Source: a virus (lineage: Duplodnaviria > Caudoviricetes). From it: a DNA stretch of 61,656 nt. The position numbers were made by a program, and so were the translations under genes. Where the stretch lies: positions 1-61,656 of IMG/VR virus record IMGVR_UViG_3300028897_000348. One strand, 5' to 3'. Each line of letters starts with the position of its first letter. Position 1 is the stretch's first letter. The notes under the pieces were generated by a model, which was given only the letters and a program-made list of their open reading frames with translations, was not told the origin of the DNA and made no database searches. Shown here one piece after another: positions 1-8,178 of the stretch.

Positions 1-1
1 A

Positions 2-193
2 TCAACGTCTACTTCTACATCTACTACAACTACATCTACATCCGCGTCTACCAGTACTTCTACTTCTACTTCTACTACAACTACATCTACATCGACGTCT
101 ACTAGTACAAGTACATCTACGTCAACTAGTACATCAACGTCAACATCAACCAGTACTTCTACTTCTACCAGTACTACTTCAACCACAACTTCT
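2..193 (+). repeat. Low-complexity (Ser-Thr)n coding repeat
   Basis: Degenerate TCTACT/TCAACG/AGTACT hexamer repeats encoding STSTSTSTTT... Confidence 0.9.
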
Positions 194-904
194 GGAGCCA
201 CTTTCAGTCCACCTGACGTATCAGGTTTAGAACTATGGTATGATGCCTCTCAAGAATCTTACAATGATAATGACGCAGTTGGTACTATCCATGATTGGGC
301 GTCTGGTTATGATGCAGTACAAGCCGTCGCTGACAAGAAACCAACGTTCAAAACTGGAATACTAAATGGACAACCTGTATTTAGGTTTGATGGCACTGAT
401 GACCAACTTCGTACTGCGGAAGGTGACATTTTTGGTGGATTTCATGACCAGACATGGTTCACAGTATGTCTTATTTCAGACCTCTCAACAACACGATGTC
501 CACACACCACATCAGTAGACGGAGCTACTTCAAATCAAAATTCCATTAGATGGTTATTTGTTATCAACCCATCAGACTTGTTAACTATTTGTAGATCTTC
601 CGGGAGAGCTTGTGAGATAGATCTAGGAATTGCTGCAGTCGAAGATACACCCTATGTGGGGATATTTGACATGGCAGGTCAAACGGCTAGAATGTGGTTA
701 AATGGAGTTTCAGACTCAGACGATTACGTTGATTTGAACAACTTAAACCCAAATTACATGGAAGTTGGCGCAGGACAAGGAGGTGGTGGTCAGTATTTCG
801 AAGGCGATTTGGCAGAGCTTATAGTTTATCAAGGGAAACTCTCAGACGTTGACAGAGGAAAAGTTGAAGCTTATTTGAAGGCAAAATATGGGATCTCATA
901 TTAA
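2..904 (+). CDS. 5'-truncated Ser/Thr-rich protein with C-terminal LamG/concanavalin-like jelly-roll domain (probable virion surface protein)
   Basis: The frame of ORF 578..904 is open from position 2. The first 64 codons are Ser/Thr except one Ala. They are followed by GLELWYDAS, PTFKTGILNGQPVFRFDGTDD and GDLAELIVY...VEAYLKAKYG, typical of LamG-like domains. Confidence 0.75.
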   Translation, partial: STSTSTSTTTTSTSASTSTSTSTSTTTTSTSTSTSTSTSTSTSTSTSTSTSTSTSTSTTSTTTSGATFSPPDVSGLELWYDASQESYNDNDAVGTIHDWASGYDAVQAVADKKPTFKTGILNGQPVFRFDGTDDQLRTAEGDIFGGFHDQTWFTVCLISDLSTTRCPHTTSVDGATSNQNSIRWLFVINPSDLLTICRSSGRACEIDLGIAAVEDTPYVGIFDMAGQTARMWLNGVSDSDDYVDLNNLNPNYMEVGAGQGGGGQYFEGDLAELIVYQGKLSDVDRGKVEAYLKAKYGISY

Positions 905-1409
905 TAGAATACCAGCTGCTCAGAGTGGAGAATATAGGATAGAGAAATACCGAGGTTATACTAGGTTGTGGAAGGGAGATCTACAGATCATGATAGATTC
1001 TCCTAAAGAAGCAGCCGACTTAGCTGAATTTCGTGAGAAGGTTCATGGTGATGTATTGATAAACGGTCTTGGCATTGGTTTTGCTCTTGAGATGGCGTTA
1101 GACAAGTCGACCGTAGATCTAGTAGTAGTTAACGAGATTTCAAAAGATGTAATAAACCTAGTTGGCCCCTACTTTGTCGATAACAGACTTACTATCAACC
1201 ATGCAGATGCTTTTGCTGCTAGATTACCAAAAGACATGATGTTTGATATTATCTGGCACGATATATGTTTTACCGAACAAGATATGACTTTTTTTAGACT
1301 CTGTGAATTACATGCATGTTATACTAAACGACTGAAAAAGGGAGGATGGCAATGTTCTTGGGAGGAAGCACACTTAGGATATAGATTACAGAAAATAGGG
1401 GTTCCGTAA
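888..1409 (+). CDS. Class I SAM-dependent methyltransferase-like / spermidine synthase-like protein
   Basis: VLINGLGIG motif I, VVVNEIS motif II, HADAF, and FDIIWHDI. Confidence 0.7.
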   Translation: MGSHINRIPAAQSGEYRIEKYRGYTRLWKGDLQIMIDSPKEAADLAEFREKVHGDVLINGLGIGFALEMALDKSTVDLVVVNEISKDVINLVGPYFVDNRLTINHADAFAARLPKDMMFDIIWHDICFTEQDMTFFRLCELHACYTKRLKKGGWQCSWEEAHLGYRLQKIGVP

Positions 1410-1478
1410 ATAACTTGGAACATAAAAGATAGGAGATGTTTGAATATCAAGACTAAATAGAACTTTACAAAAAACAAA

Positions 1479-1494
1479 AGAACAAATACTAAAA
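1479..1494 (+). promoter_or_regulatory. Putative phage late-type promoter motif (AGAACAAATACTAAAA)
   Basis: Copy of the recurrent intergenic GAACA-N5-TAAA motif, 28 nt upstream of the 1522 ATG. Confidence 0.55.
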
Positions 1495-1521
1495 TAAATG
1501 AAAAGAGGAGAATGAGAAATT

Positions 1522-2748
1522 ATGAAAATTGGAATCCTTACTCATTTTGGTTCATTTCAAGATGGTTACGCCCTTCACGTTGGTTGGCTCGAACGAGCTA
1601 AACTTCTAGATTACTTTAATCAAGACTTTGACTTTCTAGTTAATGAAAGATGTACGTCTGATATATATCCACATATGAAAGCAGTTCTACAGCCTGCTAA
1701 AAGCGGACAAGGTTTTGAAAATAAAGTAAAACATTATGAAAACCAATATAGAGAACTTCTAACTGAGTATGACGCAATATTAACAGCAGATTTAATTTAT
1801 CAGAGACGTGGAGACTTTCTAGCACAGAACCAAGCTATGCGGAAAGCAGCTCCAGATTTAAAAGCTCATTGGTACCACTGGATACACTCATCTTGGATAA
1901 ACCCACCAAAAAGTCCTAACTTTCCAGATAGTCTTAGATTTACTCCAATGGAGAAGTCAACGATCGTTTATATGAATAGTTCAGAGAAAACTGGAGTATC
2001 TAAAATGTATAGTGTTCCAATAGAAGACGTTGCTTGTGTTTATAATCCAAAAGATATCAGGTCATTCTCTGACTTCCATCCATTATCTTGGGAGATTATA
2101 AAACGTCTTAAAATACCAGAGAAAGACGCAGTACAAATACTTCCACATTGTAGTACAAGAATGGACGCAAAGGGAATCGATGTCACAGTTAAAGCTTTCG
2201 CAGCTTTTAAAAGAAGTGGATTAAAGGTTGCATTGGTTTTTGCTAACGCAAACGCGAGACAAGTACCTCAAGAACTTCTTATTAAAAAGAATTTTATAAT
2301 TTCGACGGGATTAATAGAAAATGAAGATTTTCTATTTACTTCAGATTTAAATGAAAATCGACCTCTACCGAGAAAAGCTGTATCAGACATCTACAAAGTT
2401 GCTAACGTTTTTGTGTATGCTACTTATAGTGAAGTCTCTCCAAACGCACTAATGGAAGCAAAAATAAGTGGGAATCTTTTAGTTTTAAGTAACCGACTTC
2501 CATCACTTGCTGAGTTTGGTGGTCCAAACGCAATTTACTTTGACGCATCTTTTAGAACTCCTGGTACCCCAAGTGGAGAAGAAGGAGATTTGCAAGTAGT
2601 TACATATCATAATGAAGCTGCTTACTTTGACGAACTTACTAAAAAAGTAGTTAGTCAGCTTCCAAGTAGAAAGCATCTGTGGGAATTCTCTTACGAACGA
2701 ATCTGGAATGAGCAACTGAAACCGCTACTTTATGGAGAGAAAAAATGA
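1522..2748 (+). CDS. Glycosyltransferase, GT-B fold (family 4-like)
   Basis: MKIGILTH start, RMDAKGID, and C-terminal YKVANVFVYATYSEVSPNALMEA (E-x7-E motif). Confidence 0.8.
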   Translation: MKIGILTHFGSFQDGYALHVGWLERAKLLDYFNQDFDFLVNERCTSDIYPHMKAVLQPAKSGQGFENKVKHYENQYRELLTEYDAILTADLIYQRRGDFLAQNQAMRKAAPDLKAHWYHWIHSSWINPPKSPNFPDSLRFTPMEKSTIVYMNSSEKTGVSKMYSVPIEDVACVYNPKDIRSFSDFHPLSWEIIKRLKIPEKDAVQILPHCSTRMDAKGIDVTVKAFAAFKRSGLKVALVFANANARQVPQELLIKKNFIISTGLIENEDFLFTSDLNENRPLPRKAVSDIYKVANVFVYATYSEVSPNALMEAKISGNLLVLSNRLPSLAEFGGPNAIYFDASFRTPGTPSGEEGDLQVVTYHNEAAYFDELTKKVVSQLPSRKHLWEFSYERIWNEQLKPLLYGEKK

Positions 2749-3335
2749 TAGCAGGAGTCATGCCTATTTGTAGTTTTCCTTTAGCTCCCGAATTGGCTGG
2801 TAAACTAGCGAAGAGAGTAAATCATATAAGTTTAAGATTCGATAGTATAAAGGGTGACAGAAAAATATGGGAAGAATGTAAAAAGACAGTAAAAGAAATA
2901 TGTCCATCAACTCACTTTTTTGAAACAGATATTAAGTGGAATAGATGGAATTGGCGCGAGCAACTGATTAGATCACTTGATCATATTAGACCAGAATATG
3001 TTCTATTTATTGACGAAGATGAAGAATATGATAATAGTTTTGATGAGGATTTTGAAAAGTTTAAACTTTCTGAATTCCCAATGATGATGTTTGATTACCA
3101 AATGGTCACCGATGATAACCGACAAGTAATGAAGTATCCAAAAGCTAGACATTGTAAAGTTTATAAATGGATGCCCGGAATAAAATATCAACCATACCAT
3201 GGTTACGCTATACCAGATTTTCCCGGCGAACCAAAACCTACCTACCATACAAACAGATACAGAGCAGAATCAAGGATAAAACACTATTGTTTTTATACTC
3301 GTGAAATGGAAGAATCTAAGATTCTCCATAAGTAG
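2745..3335 (+). CDS. Glycosyltransferase family 2-like (GT-A) protein
   Basis: WNWREQL...YVLFIDEDE (DxD motif) and C-terminal IKHY; ATGA overlap with the GT4-like gene. Confidence 0.6.
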   Translation: MIAGVMPICSFPLAPELAGKLAKRVNHISLRFDSIKGDRKIWEECKKTVKEICPSTHFFETDIKWNRWNWREQLIRSLDHIRPEYVLFIDEDEEYDNSFDEDFEKFKLSEFPMMMFDYQMVTDDNRQVMKYPKARHCKVYKWMPGIKYQPYHGYAIPDFPGEPKPTYHTNRYRAESRIKHYCFYTREMEESKILHK

Positions 3336-3414
3336 GTCAAGTATCGTTCTAAAATCATAGAGTATCGAACTAACCCAAATAGTTAAGTACTCAAAACCTT
3401 TACCTATAACGAGT

Positions 3415-3430
3415 TAGAACAAATATTAAA
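3415..3430 (+). promoter_or_regulatory. Putative phage late-type promoter motif (TAGAACAAATATTAAA)
   Basis: Recurrent GAACA-N5-TAAA motif upstream of the 3461 ATG and its AAGGAG RBS. Confidence 0.6.
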
Positions 3431-3460
3431 AATATAAATTCAAAAAAAGGAGTATAATAT

Positions 3461-4726
3461 ATGACTTATGTTCGTTATCCAGGAATGCTGGAGTTTGTTC
3501 AAGAACAGAAAGAAAACGGGTTAAATAGTAAAGAAATATATGATCTAGTTAGAAAAGAATTTGGCTACTCTAGTAGTTACCCAACATTCAGAAGATACGT
3601 AGTTTATGTTCAACAAAAGAAAACAGATATAGATATAAATATAGAACCAGAAGATATTGACACTTTAGATAAGAGATATAAAAAAATAAGAGTAAGTAGT
3701 CGAGATGATATAAAGTTTCTAGAAACAATATCTAAACACCGAGTTCTAAAAGTAGATGACCTTTGTAATAAACTAAATTGTCCTCCAAAAATTGTATATG
3801 ATTTTGTTGACCATTATAGATCCAAAGGATATGAAATTGTTGTTGATGACGATAAAGTTATCTTCTCAGAAGGAGTTGTATCGAACGGTGAACTTAGAGT
3901 ACATCCTCTTGAAGAAAAAGAAATAATATTTGGCGTAGCTGGTGACTTCCATTTTGGTTCGAAGTCAGTCCAAATAACGCCGTTAAATGAATTTTGCGAA
4001 TTGGCCAGGAAAAAAAGTGTAAAACACATGTTTATTCCTGGAGACATAGTTGCTGGTTATAATGTATATCCAGGTCAAGTATTTGATTTATACGCTATTA
4101 GTTCTGAAGAGCAAGAGAAGTCTGTAGTTACTAATTTACCTTATGGATTCGAATGGTATGCTCTTGGCGGGAATCATGATTACTCATTCATAAGACGAGG
4201 AGGTGGACATAATCCTTTATTAACAATTTCAAGTTTAAGAGAAGACTTCCATTATGTTGGATTTGATGAAGCAGACGTTCCAATTCTACCAGGAGTTGAT
4301 TTAAAAATGTGGCATCCGAGTGGGGGAGTTCCTTATTCAATATCATATCGACTACAAAAAGGAGTTGAACAAGTGGCGTTTGACGAACTTACTTCTATAG
4401 TAAGAGGAGTTAAATCAAGACCAACTATAAGGTTTATTCTCTCAGGTCACCTTCATATACAAATGCAAGCAATGTTTGGTAGTATATTTGGAACTCAATG
4501 TGGTTGCTTTGAAGGTCAAACAAACTACTTAAAAAGGAAAGGTCTCGTCCCACATGTTGGTGGATACATTATAGAAGCACTAATTGGAAAGAACGGACTA
4601 TTAAAGAATTTTGAAGCTAAATTCTACATCTTTGAAGAAGTAAAAGATGACTGGAAGAATTATAAACACAGTATTTCTGAACCAAAAATAACAAAACCTC
4701 TTTTTAATGGAAATAACGAAAGTTAA
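3461..4726 (+). CDS. Calcineurin-like metallophosphoesterase with N-terminal HTH-like region
   Basis: All five motifs present: GDFHFGS, GDIVAG, GNHD, WHP and GHLH. Confidence 0.85.
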   Translation: MTYVRYPGMLEFVQEQKENGLNSKEIYDLVRKEFGYSSSYPTFRRYVVYVQQKKTDIDINIEPEDIDTLDKRYKKIRVSSRDDIKFLETISKHRVLKVDDLCNKLNCPPKIVYDFVDHYRSKGYEIVVDDDKVIFSEGVVSNGELRVHPLEEKEIIFGVAGDFHFGSKSVQITPLNEFCELARKKSVKHMFIPGDIVAGYNVYPGQVFDLYAISSEEQEKSVVTNLPYGFEWYALGGNHDYSFIRRGGGHNPLLTISSLREDFHYVGFDEADVPILPGVDLKMWHPSGGVPYSISYRLQKGVEQVAFDELTSIVRGVKSRPTIRFILSGHLHIQMQAMFGSIFGTQCGCFEGQTNYLKRKGLVPHVGGYIIEALIGKNGLLKNFEAKFYIFEEVKDDWKNYKHSISEPKITKPLFNGNNES

Positions 4727-4748
4727 CAAAAAATAGATTTCAACTAAA

Positions 4749-4776
4749 AAATGGGGGAAGTCAAGTTCCCCCATTT
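4749..4776. terminator. Intrinsic terminator hairpin between convergent genes
   Basis: Stem AAATGGGGGAA / TTCCCCCATTT with an A-run on the left. Confidence 0.8.
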
Positions 4777-4786
4777 GAATAGTAAG

Positions 4787-4957
4787 TCATATACAAAGTT
4801 TCCACTCTTCTCTAACATGTTCAATATTAGTATAAATCAACGAGTCGTTCTTCGTACTCACAACAAGTGAATCCATAGCGATATTCAGAACTCCTACGTC
4901 ACCAATGTTAGTACTACCAAAATCTTTTTTGGCGATAAGATAAATAGTTCTTGTCAT
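4787..4957 (-). CDS. Small hypothetical protein (56 aa, MTRTIYLIAKKDFG...), not in the ORF track
   Basis: Read by hand; GGAGG RBS before ATG; lies between a TATA-type motif and a terminator. Confidence 0.7.
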   Translation of the reverse strand: MTRTIYLIAKKDFGSTNIGDVGVLNIAMDSLVVSTKNDSLIYTNIEHVREEWKLCI

Positions 4958-5010
4958 CTTAAATATCCTCCATAAAGTGAATATTCTTAAAACTAATATC
5001 TACTACCAAT

Positions 5011-5025
5011 AATTAATATATATAG
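5011..5025 (-). promoter_or_regulatory. Putative phage early-type promoter motif (CTATATATATTAATT on minus strand)
   Basis: Recurrent intergenic TATATATAT(T/A)A motif upstream of minus-strand genes. Confidence 0.55.
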
Positions 5026-5123
5026 ATCTGTTGCTTTTATCACGTAAAATCTACGTAAAAATGGGAACCTGAATTCCTATTTTTATTTCTATAAAATTTA
5101 CTTTACGTAACCATTACTTATCT

Positions 5124-5378
5124 TCATTTTGTAGATTGACTCATGCTAATAAATTTCGGAGTGATTTTTCCAATCTGTTCTCCTAAGAATGAGAACACTA
5201 AAATAATTCCAACAAAATGCCAATATGGAATATTATGAAGTTGATCTGGAACATACGAAGCAAAGTATACAGGGACCACAGCATTCCAAGCAATACGGAA
5301 TGGAATTGCAGAAACAATTGCGAACGCTACCTGGAATGCTACTTTCACAAAAGCCATGATGTATTCTAATCCAAACAT
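5124..5378 (-). CDS. Small membrane protein (2 TM)
   Basis: Hydrophobic segments; ATG at 5378 preceded by AGGAAGAGG is preferred over the upstream TTG. Confidence 0.7.
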   Translation of the reverse strand: MFGLEYIMAFVKVAFQVAFAIVSAIPFRIAWNAVVPVYFASYVPDQLHNIPYWHFVGIILVFSFLGEQIGKITPKFISMSQSTK

Positions 5379-5477
5379 TTTTAAATACCTCTTCCTAAAA
5401 TTAAAAAAAGATTTCTTGAAGTCATTATTAAAATTATATTTCATTTTGCTACCCAAAAAACAGTTTCTATCTATCTA

Positions 5478-5495
5478 CTAATTTATATATATAAC
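5478..5495 (-). promoter_or_regulatory. Putative early-type promoter motif (TTATATATATAAATTAG on minus strand)
   Basis: Same TATA-type motif, directly abutting the divergent GAACA motif. Confidence 0.5.
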
Positions 5496-5511
5496 TAGAA
5501 CATATTATAAA
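5496..5511 (+). promoter_or_regulatory. Putative late-type promoter motif (TAGAACATATTATAAA)
   Basis: GAACA-N5-TAAA motif upstream of the 5588 ATG. Confidence 0.55.
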
Positions 5512-5587
5512 CTTACTCATTACACTATAAACCAATGGACTTTAAACTAAAATAAGGTCGTAGTCCGAGACCTTGGGAGGAACCATT

Positions 5588-6391
5588 ATGGTGTACAAAA
5601 ATTCTTTTGTAGTCGTTGTGAAATGCAACGGTCAAATCCTTCGAGAGAGGGACAATGTTGTTATCCTACCTTTTGGAAGTCATTATTCTCTTCAACTAAA
5701 AAATCTAGAATCTAGAAAAGCAAATATCAAAGTTAGTGTTGATGGACAAGATGTTCTAAACGGTTCGTCACTTATTATGGAACCAAATTCTAATTTTGAG
5801 TTACTTGGATTTCTAGAAGGTATGGTAGTTAGGAATAAATTCAAGTTCATACAAAAAACAAAAGAGATCCAAGAGCATAGAGGAGACAGAATCGACGATG
5901 GTATTATAAGAGTAGAATTTGCTTTTGAAAAACAAGTAATTATCAGAAGTATAATTCATGACCATCACTACTACCCTCCAGTAATTCATCACCATCATCC
6001 TTATTGGGGTCCACACTGGGGATTTCACTGGGTTGGAGATTCTCACAGTCTTACAAATGATGGTACAATAGGAAGTTCTAGTGATCTTAGATGCTACAAT
6101 GCTTCTGTAAACTCTTTTAACGAATCTAAGTCGTTTGCTTCTGAACCAATAGTAGACGAAGGAATTACTGTAAAAGGTGAAGAAACAAGACAAGATTTTG
6201 TTTATGGACATATAGGAGAATTAGAATCATCTCAAGTAATAACTGTTATGTTAAGAGGAACAAAAAGTAATAATATTACTGCAGTTTCGGAACCAGTTAC
6301 TGTGAAAACTAAACTTACATGTCCTACATGTGGAAAGAGATCGTCGTCAAGTTCTAAGTTCTGTTCTAATTGTGGAACATTCTTAGAGTAA
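5588..6391 (+). CDS. Hypothetical protein with His-rich linker and C-terminal zinc ribbon
   Basis: GGGAGG RBS before the ATG at 5588; C-terminal CPTCG...CSNCG; HDHHYY..HHHH segment. Confidence 0.75.
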   Translation: MVYKNSFVVVVKCNGQILRERDNVVILPFGSHYSLQLKNLESRKANIKVSVDGQDVLNGSSLIMEPNSNFELLGFLEGMVVRNKFKFIQKTKEIQEHRGDRIDDGIIRVEFAFEKQVIIRSIIHDHHYYPPVIHHHHPYWGPHWGFHWVGDSHSLTNDGTIGSSSDLRCYNASVNSFNESKSFASEPIVDEGITVKGEETRQDFVYGHIGELESSQVITVMLRGTKSNNITAVSEPVTVKTKLTCPTCGKRSSSSSKFCSNCGTFLE

Positions 6392-6416
6392 TAAGAAAAA
6401 AGTGTAATGAGACTAT

Positions 6417-6448
6417 TGAGGGATGATACTATAATATATCATCCCTCA
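6417..6448. terminator. Hairpin terminator between convergent genes
   Basis: Perfect 12-bp stem TGAGGGATGATA / TATCATCCCTCA. Confidence 0.75.
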
Positions 6449-6457
6449 TCTTCATTT

Positions 6458-6850
6458 TCAATGAATATTACCTTTATTTTTAGCTCGGACTAACTCCAAC
6501 TCAACGATGAAAGAATCAAGTTCAGAAAATAATATTTCCCTCGGAAGAAGATTTCCTGCTACTGAATAGGCAGTAATAATTCTCATAACTCTTTCGAACT
6601 TCTCACCCTCTCCATTTTCACATATCTCAACTAACGGACATTCTTTACAAATACGTTTGTGAATAATACAGAATGGAACAATCAAACCTGCTGCTTCTCC
6701 CATCATCTCGAAGTCTTCTTCAGATTTTACACCTTCTGAAAACTCCCTAATTCTCGTCCATTTCTCTATTGTTAAATCGAAGGGATCCTCGCCCCTCTCA
6801 GATCTTTCTTTCATTTCCGGAACAAACATTAAAGTCATAATAATCTCCAT
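6458..6850 (-). CDS. Hypothetical Cys-containing (possible metal-binding) protein
   Basis: PFCIIHKRICKECPLVEIC cluster; the true start may be the second Met. Confidence 0.7.
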   Translation of the reverse strand: MEIIMTLMFVPEMKERSERGEDPFDLTIEKWTRIREFSEGVKSEEDFEMMGEAAGLIVPFCIIHKRICKECPLVEICENGEGEKFERVMRIITAYSVAGNLLPREILFSELDSFIVELELVRAKNKGNIH

Positions 6851-6929
6851 TCTAAAATTTTACCAAAAAATTGGCAATCGTCAAATCGTATGAGGGGCTA
6901 ATTCTAGACGACTACCAATTTTAAAACAC

Positions 6930-7250
6930 CTATGTTTCTTTTTTGAGAGCGGCTACATCTTTCTTTATATCTTCCAACTCAGATCGAACCTCCTGTTCTA
7001 TTGAACGAGTCCTCCGTCGTATCAGCCAATGTCGTACAGCCCAACATATAATAACGCCGAGTGCGAAGGCCAAGATTTGTATCAAAAGTTCATGTATCAT
7101 ACTTTGATGTACGATCCGTTGCATAGTTGATCCACTATACATAAATAGCCTTACGAGGTTAATACAAATAACTATCACACCCAGGTAATACAGAACGTTC
7201 AATAAACCAGTTAAACTAAACTTCTTAAATCTTAACGGATGAGTTATCAT
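6930..7250 (-). CDS. Membrane protein (2 TM) with C-terminal coiled coil
   Basis: Two hydrophobic stretches; GGGAGGA RBS. Confidence 0.7.
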   Translation of the reverse strand: MITHPLRFKKFSLTGLLNVLYYLGVIVICINLVRLFMYSGSTMQRIVHQSMIHELLIQILAFALGVIICWAVRHWLIRRRTRSIEQEVRSELEDIKKDVAALKKET

Positions 7251-7303
7251 AATAACGTCCTCCCTTTAGAATATTTTTAAAATAATTCAAAAGCCCCTTC
7301 CTG

Positions 7304-7320
7304 TTAATTAATATATATAG
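7304..7320 (-). promoter_or_regulatory. Putative early-type promoter motif (CTATATATATTAATTAA on minus strand)
   Basis: Near-identical to the motif at 5011-5025. Confidence 0.55.
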
Positions 7321-7348
7321 TAAGTACGAACTAATCTGTTCTAAATTT

Positions 7349-7364
7349 TAGAACAAACTATAAA
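7349..7364 (+). promoter_or_regulatory. Putative late-type promoter motif (TAGAACAAACTATAAA)
   Basis: Upstream of the 7404/tail sheath operon; overlaps the inverted repeat TGTTCTAA..TTAGAACA. Confidence 0.6.
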
Positions 7365-7403
7365 GTTTATCAATAACTATTTTCTTAGTAAGGAATTCCA
7401 AGT

Positions 7404-8069
7404 ATGGAAAAAAAAGTAGAGAATATTTTAATTCAAGTAGAAGAGAAATATGGAGACCAATGTCTCTCTGACTCACAAGGAAACCTTTCTTGTGGAATAA
7501 GAAAACCACAAGGACTAGTAGAAGTTTTTGAAGTCGGTGAGAACGGATCGAAACGTCTAATTAGAAAAAGTAATTTAGTTGTATACGATGGGAGAGAGTT
7601 AATTACTCAGAAAATACTTGATATACAAAATACAAATGCAGATACTGATAAAGATGAGTTTCTTTGCTGGTTTGGATTAGGAAGCGGAGGTGTAAATCCG
7701 GCAGATCCATTTGATCCAATTCCTCCAGTAAACAGTGATACCGATTTATATGAAGAAATTCCAATAAGCGCAACTGATACAACTTGCGGAGACTTTCATG
7801 ATGGATCTTATTATAAACATCCATTCGAAAGTGTAATTTATGAACAAGACTCACATAATGATGGTAAATGGTTAATTGCAAAAATTATTACCACAATTGA
7901 TACAGATGATGCAAATGATGAGGAAATAAGTGAAGCTGGACTTTTCACCAATTTAACTAACGCATGTGGTGCTTCTGGACCATTCCACTTATTTGCAAGA
8001 GTTACGTTCCCTACAATCTTAAAAACTAACGTAAGGAGACTTACTTTTGTTTGGTATCTATATTTCTAA
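7404..8069 (+). CDS. Putative virion structural protein (tail-collar/baseplate-associated type)
   Basis: NLVVYDGR, FGLGSGG, ISEAGLF and LFARVTFPTILK resemble phage tail-collar fibre-type proteins; precedes the sheath gene. Confidence 0.55.
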   Translation: MEKKVENILIQVEEKYGDQCLSDSQGNLSCGIRKPQGLVEVFEVGENGSKRLIRKSNLVVYDGRELITQKILDIQNTNADTDKDEFLCWFGLGSGGVNPADPFDPIPPVNSDTDLYEEIPISATDTTCGDFHDGSYYKHPFESVIYEQDSHNDGKWLIAKIITTIDTDDANDEEISEAGLFTNLTNACGASGPFHLFARVTFPTILKTNVRRLTFVWYLYF

Positions 8070-8178
8070 ACTAAACAACCATAAAAGGATTTAAATGTAG
8101 AATAGACTCCATCAGAAAGGTTATATGATTTTTTAGAGAATTTTAACTTAGAAAAATTAAATTTGGGAGGAAACAAAG

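Noticed and set aside
578-904. 108-aa ORF as an independent gene
   Set aside because: The frame is open from the window start; this is the C-terminus of a longer truncated gene.
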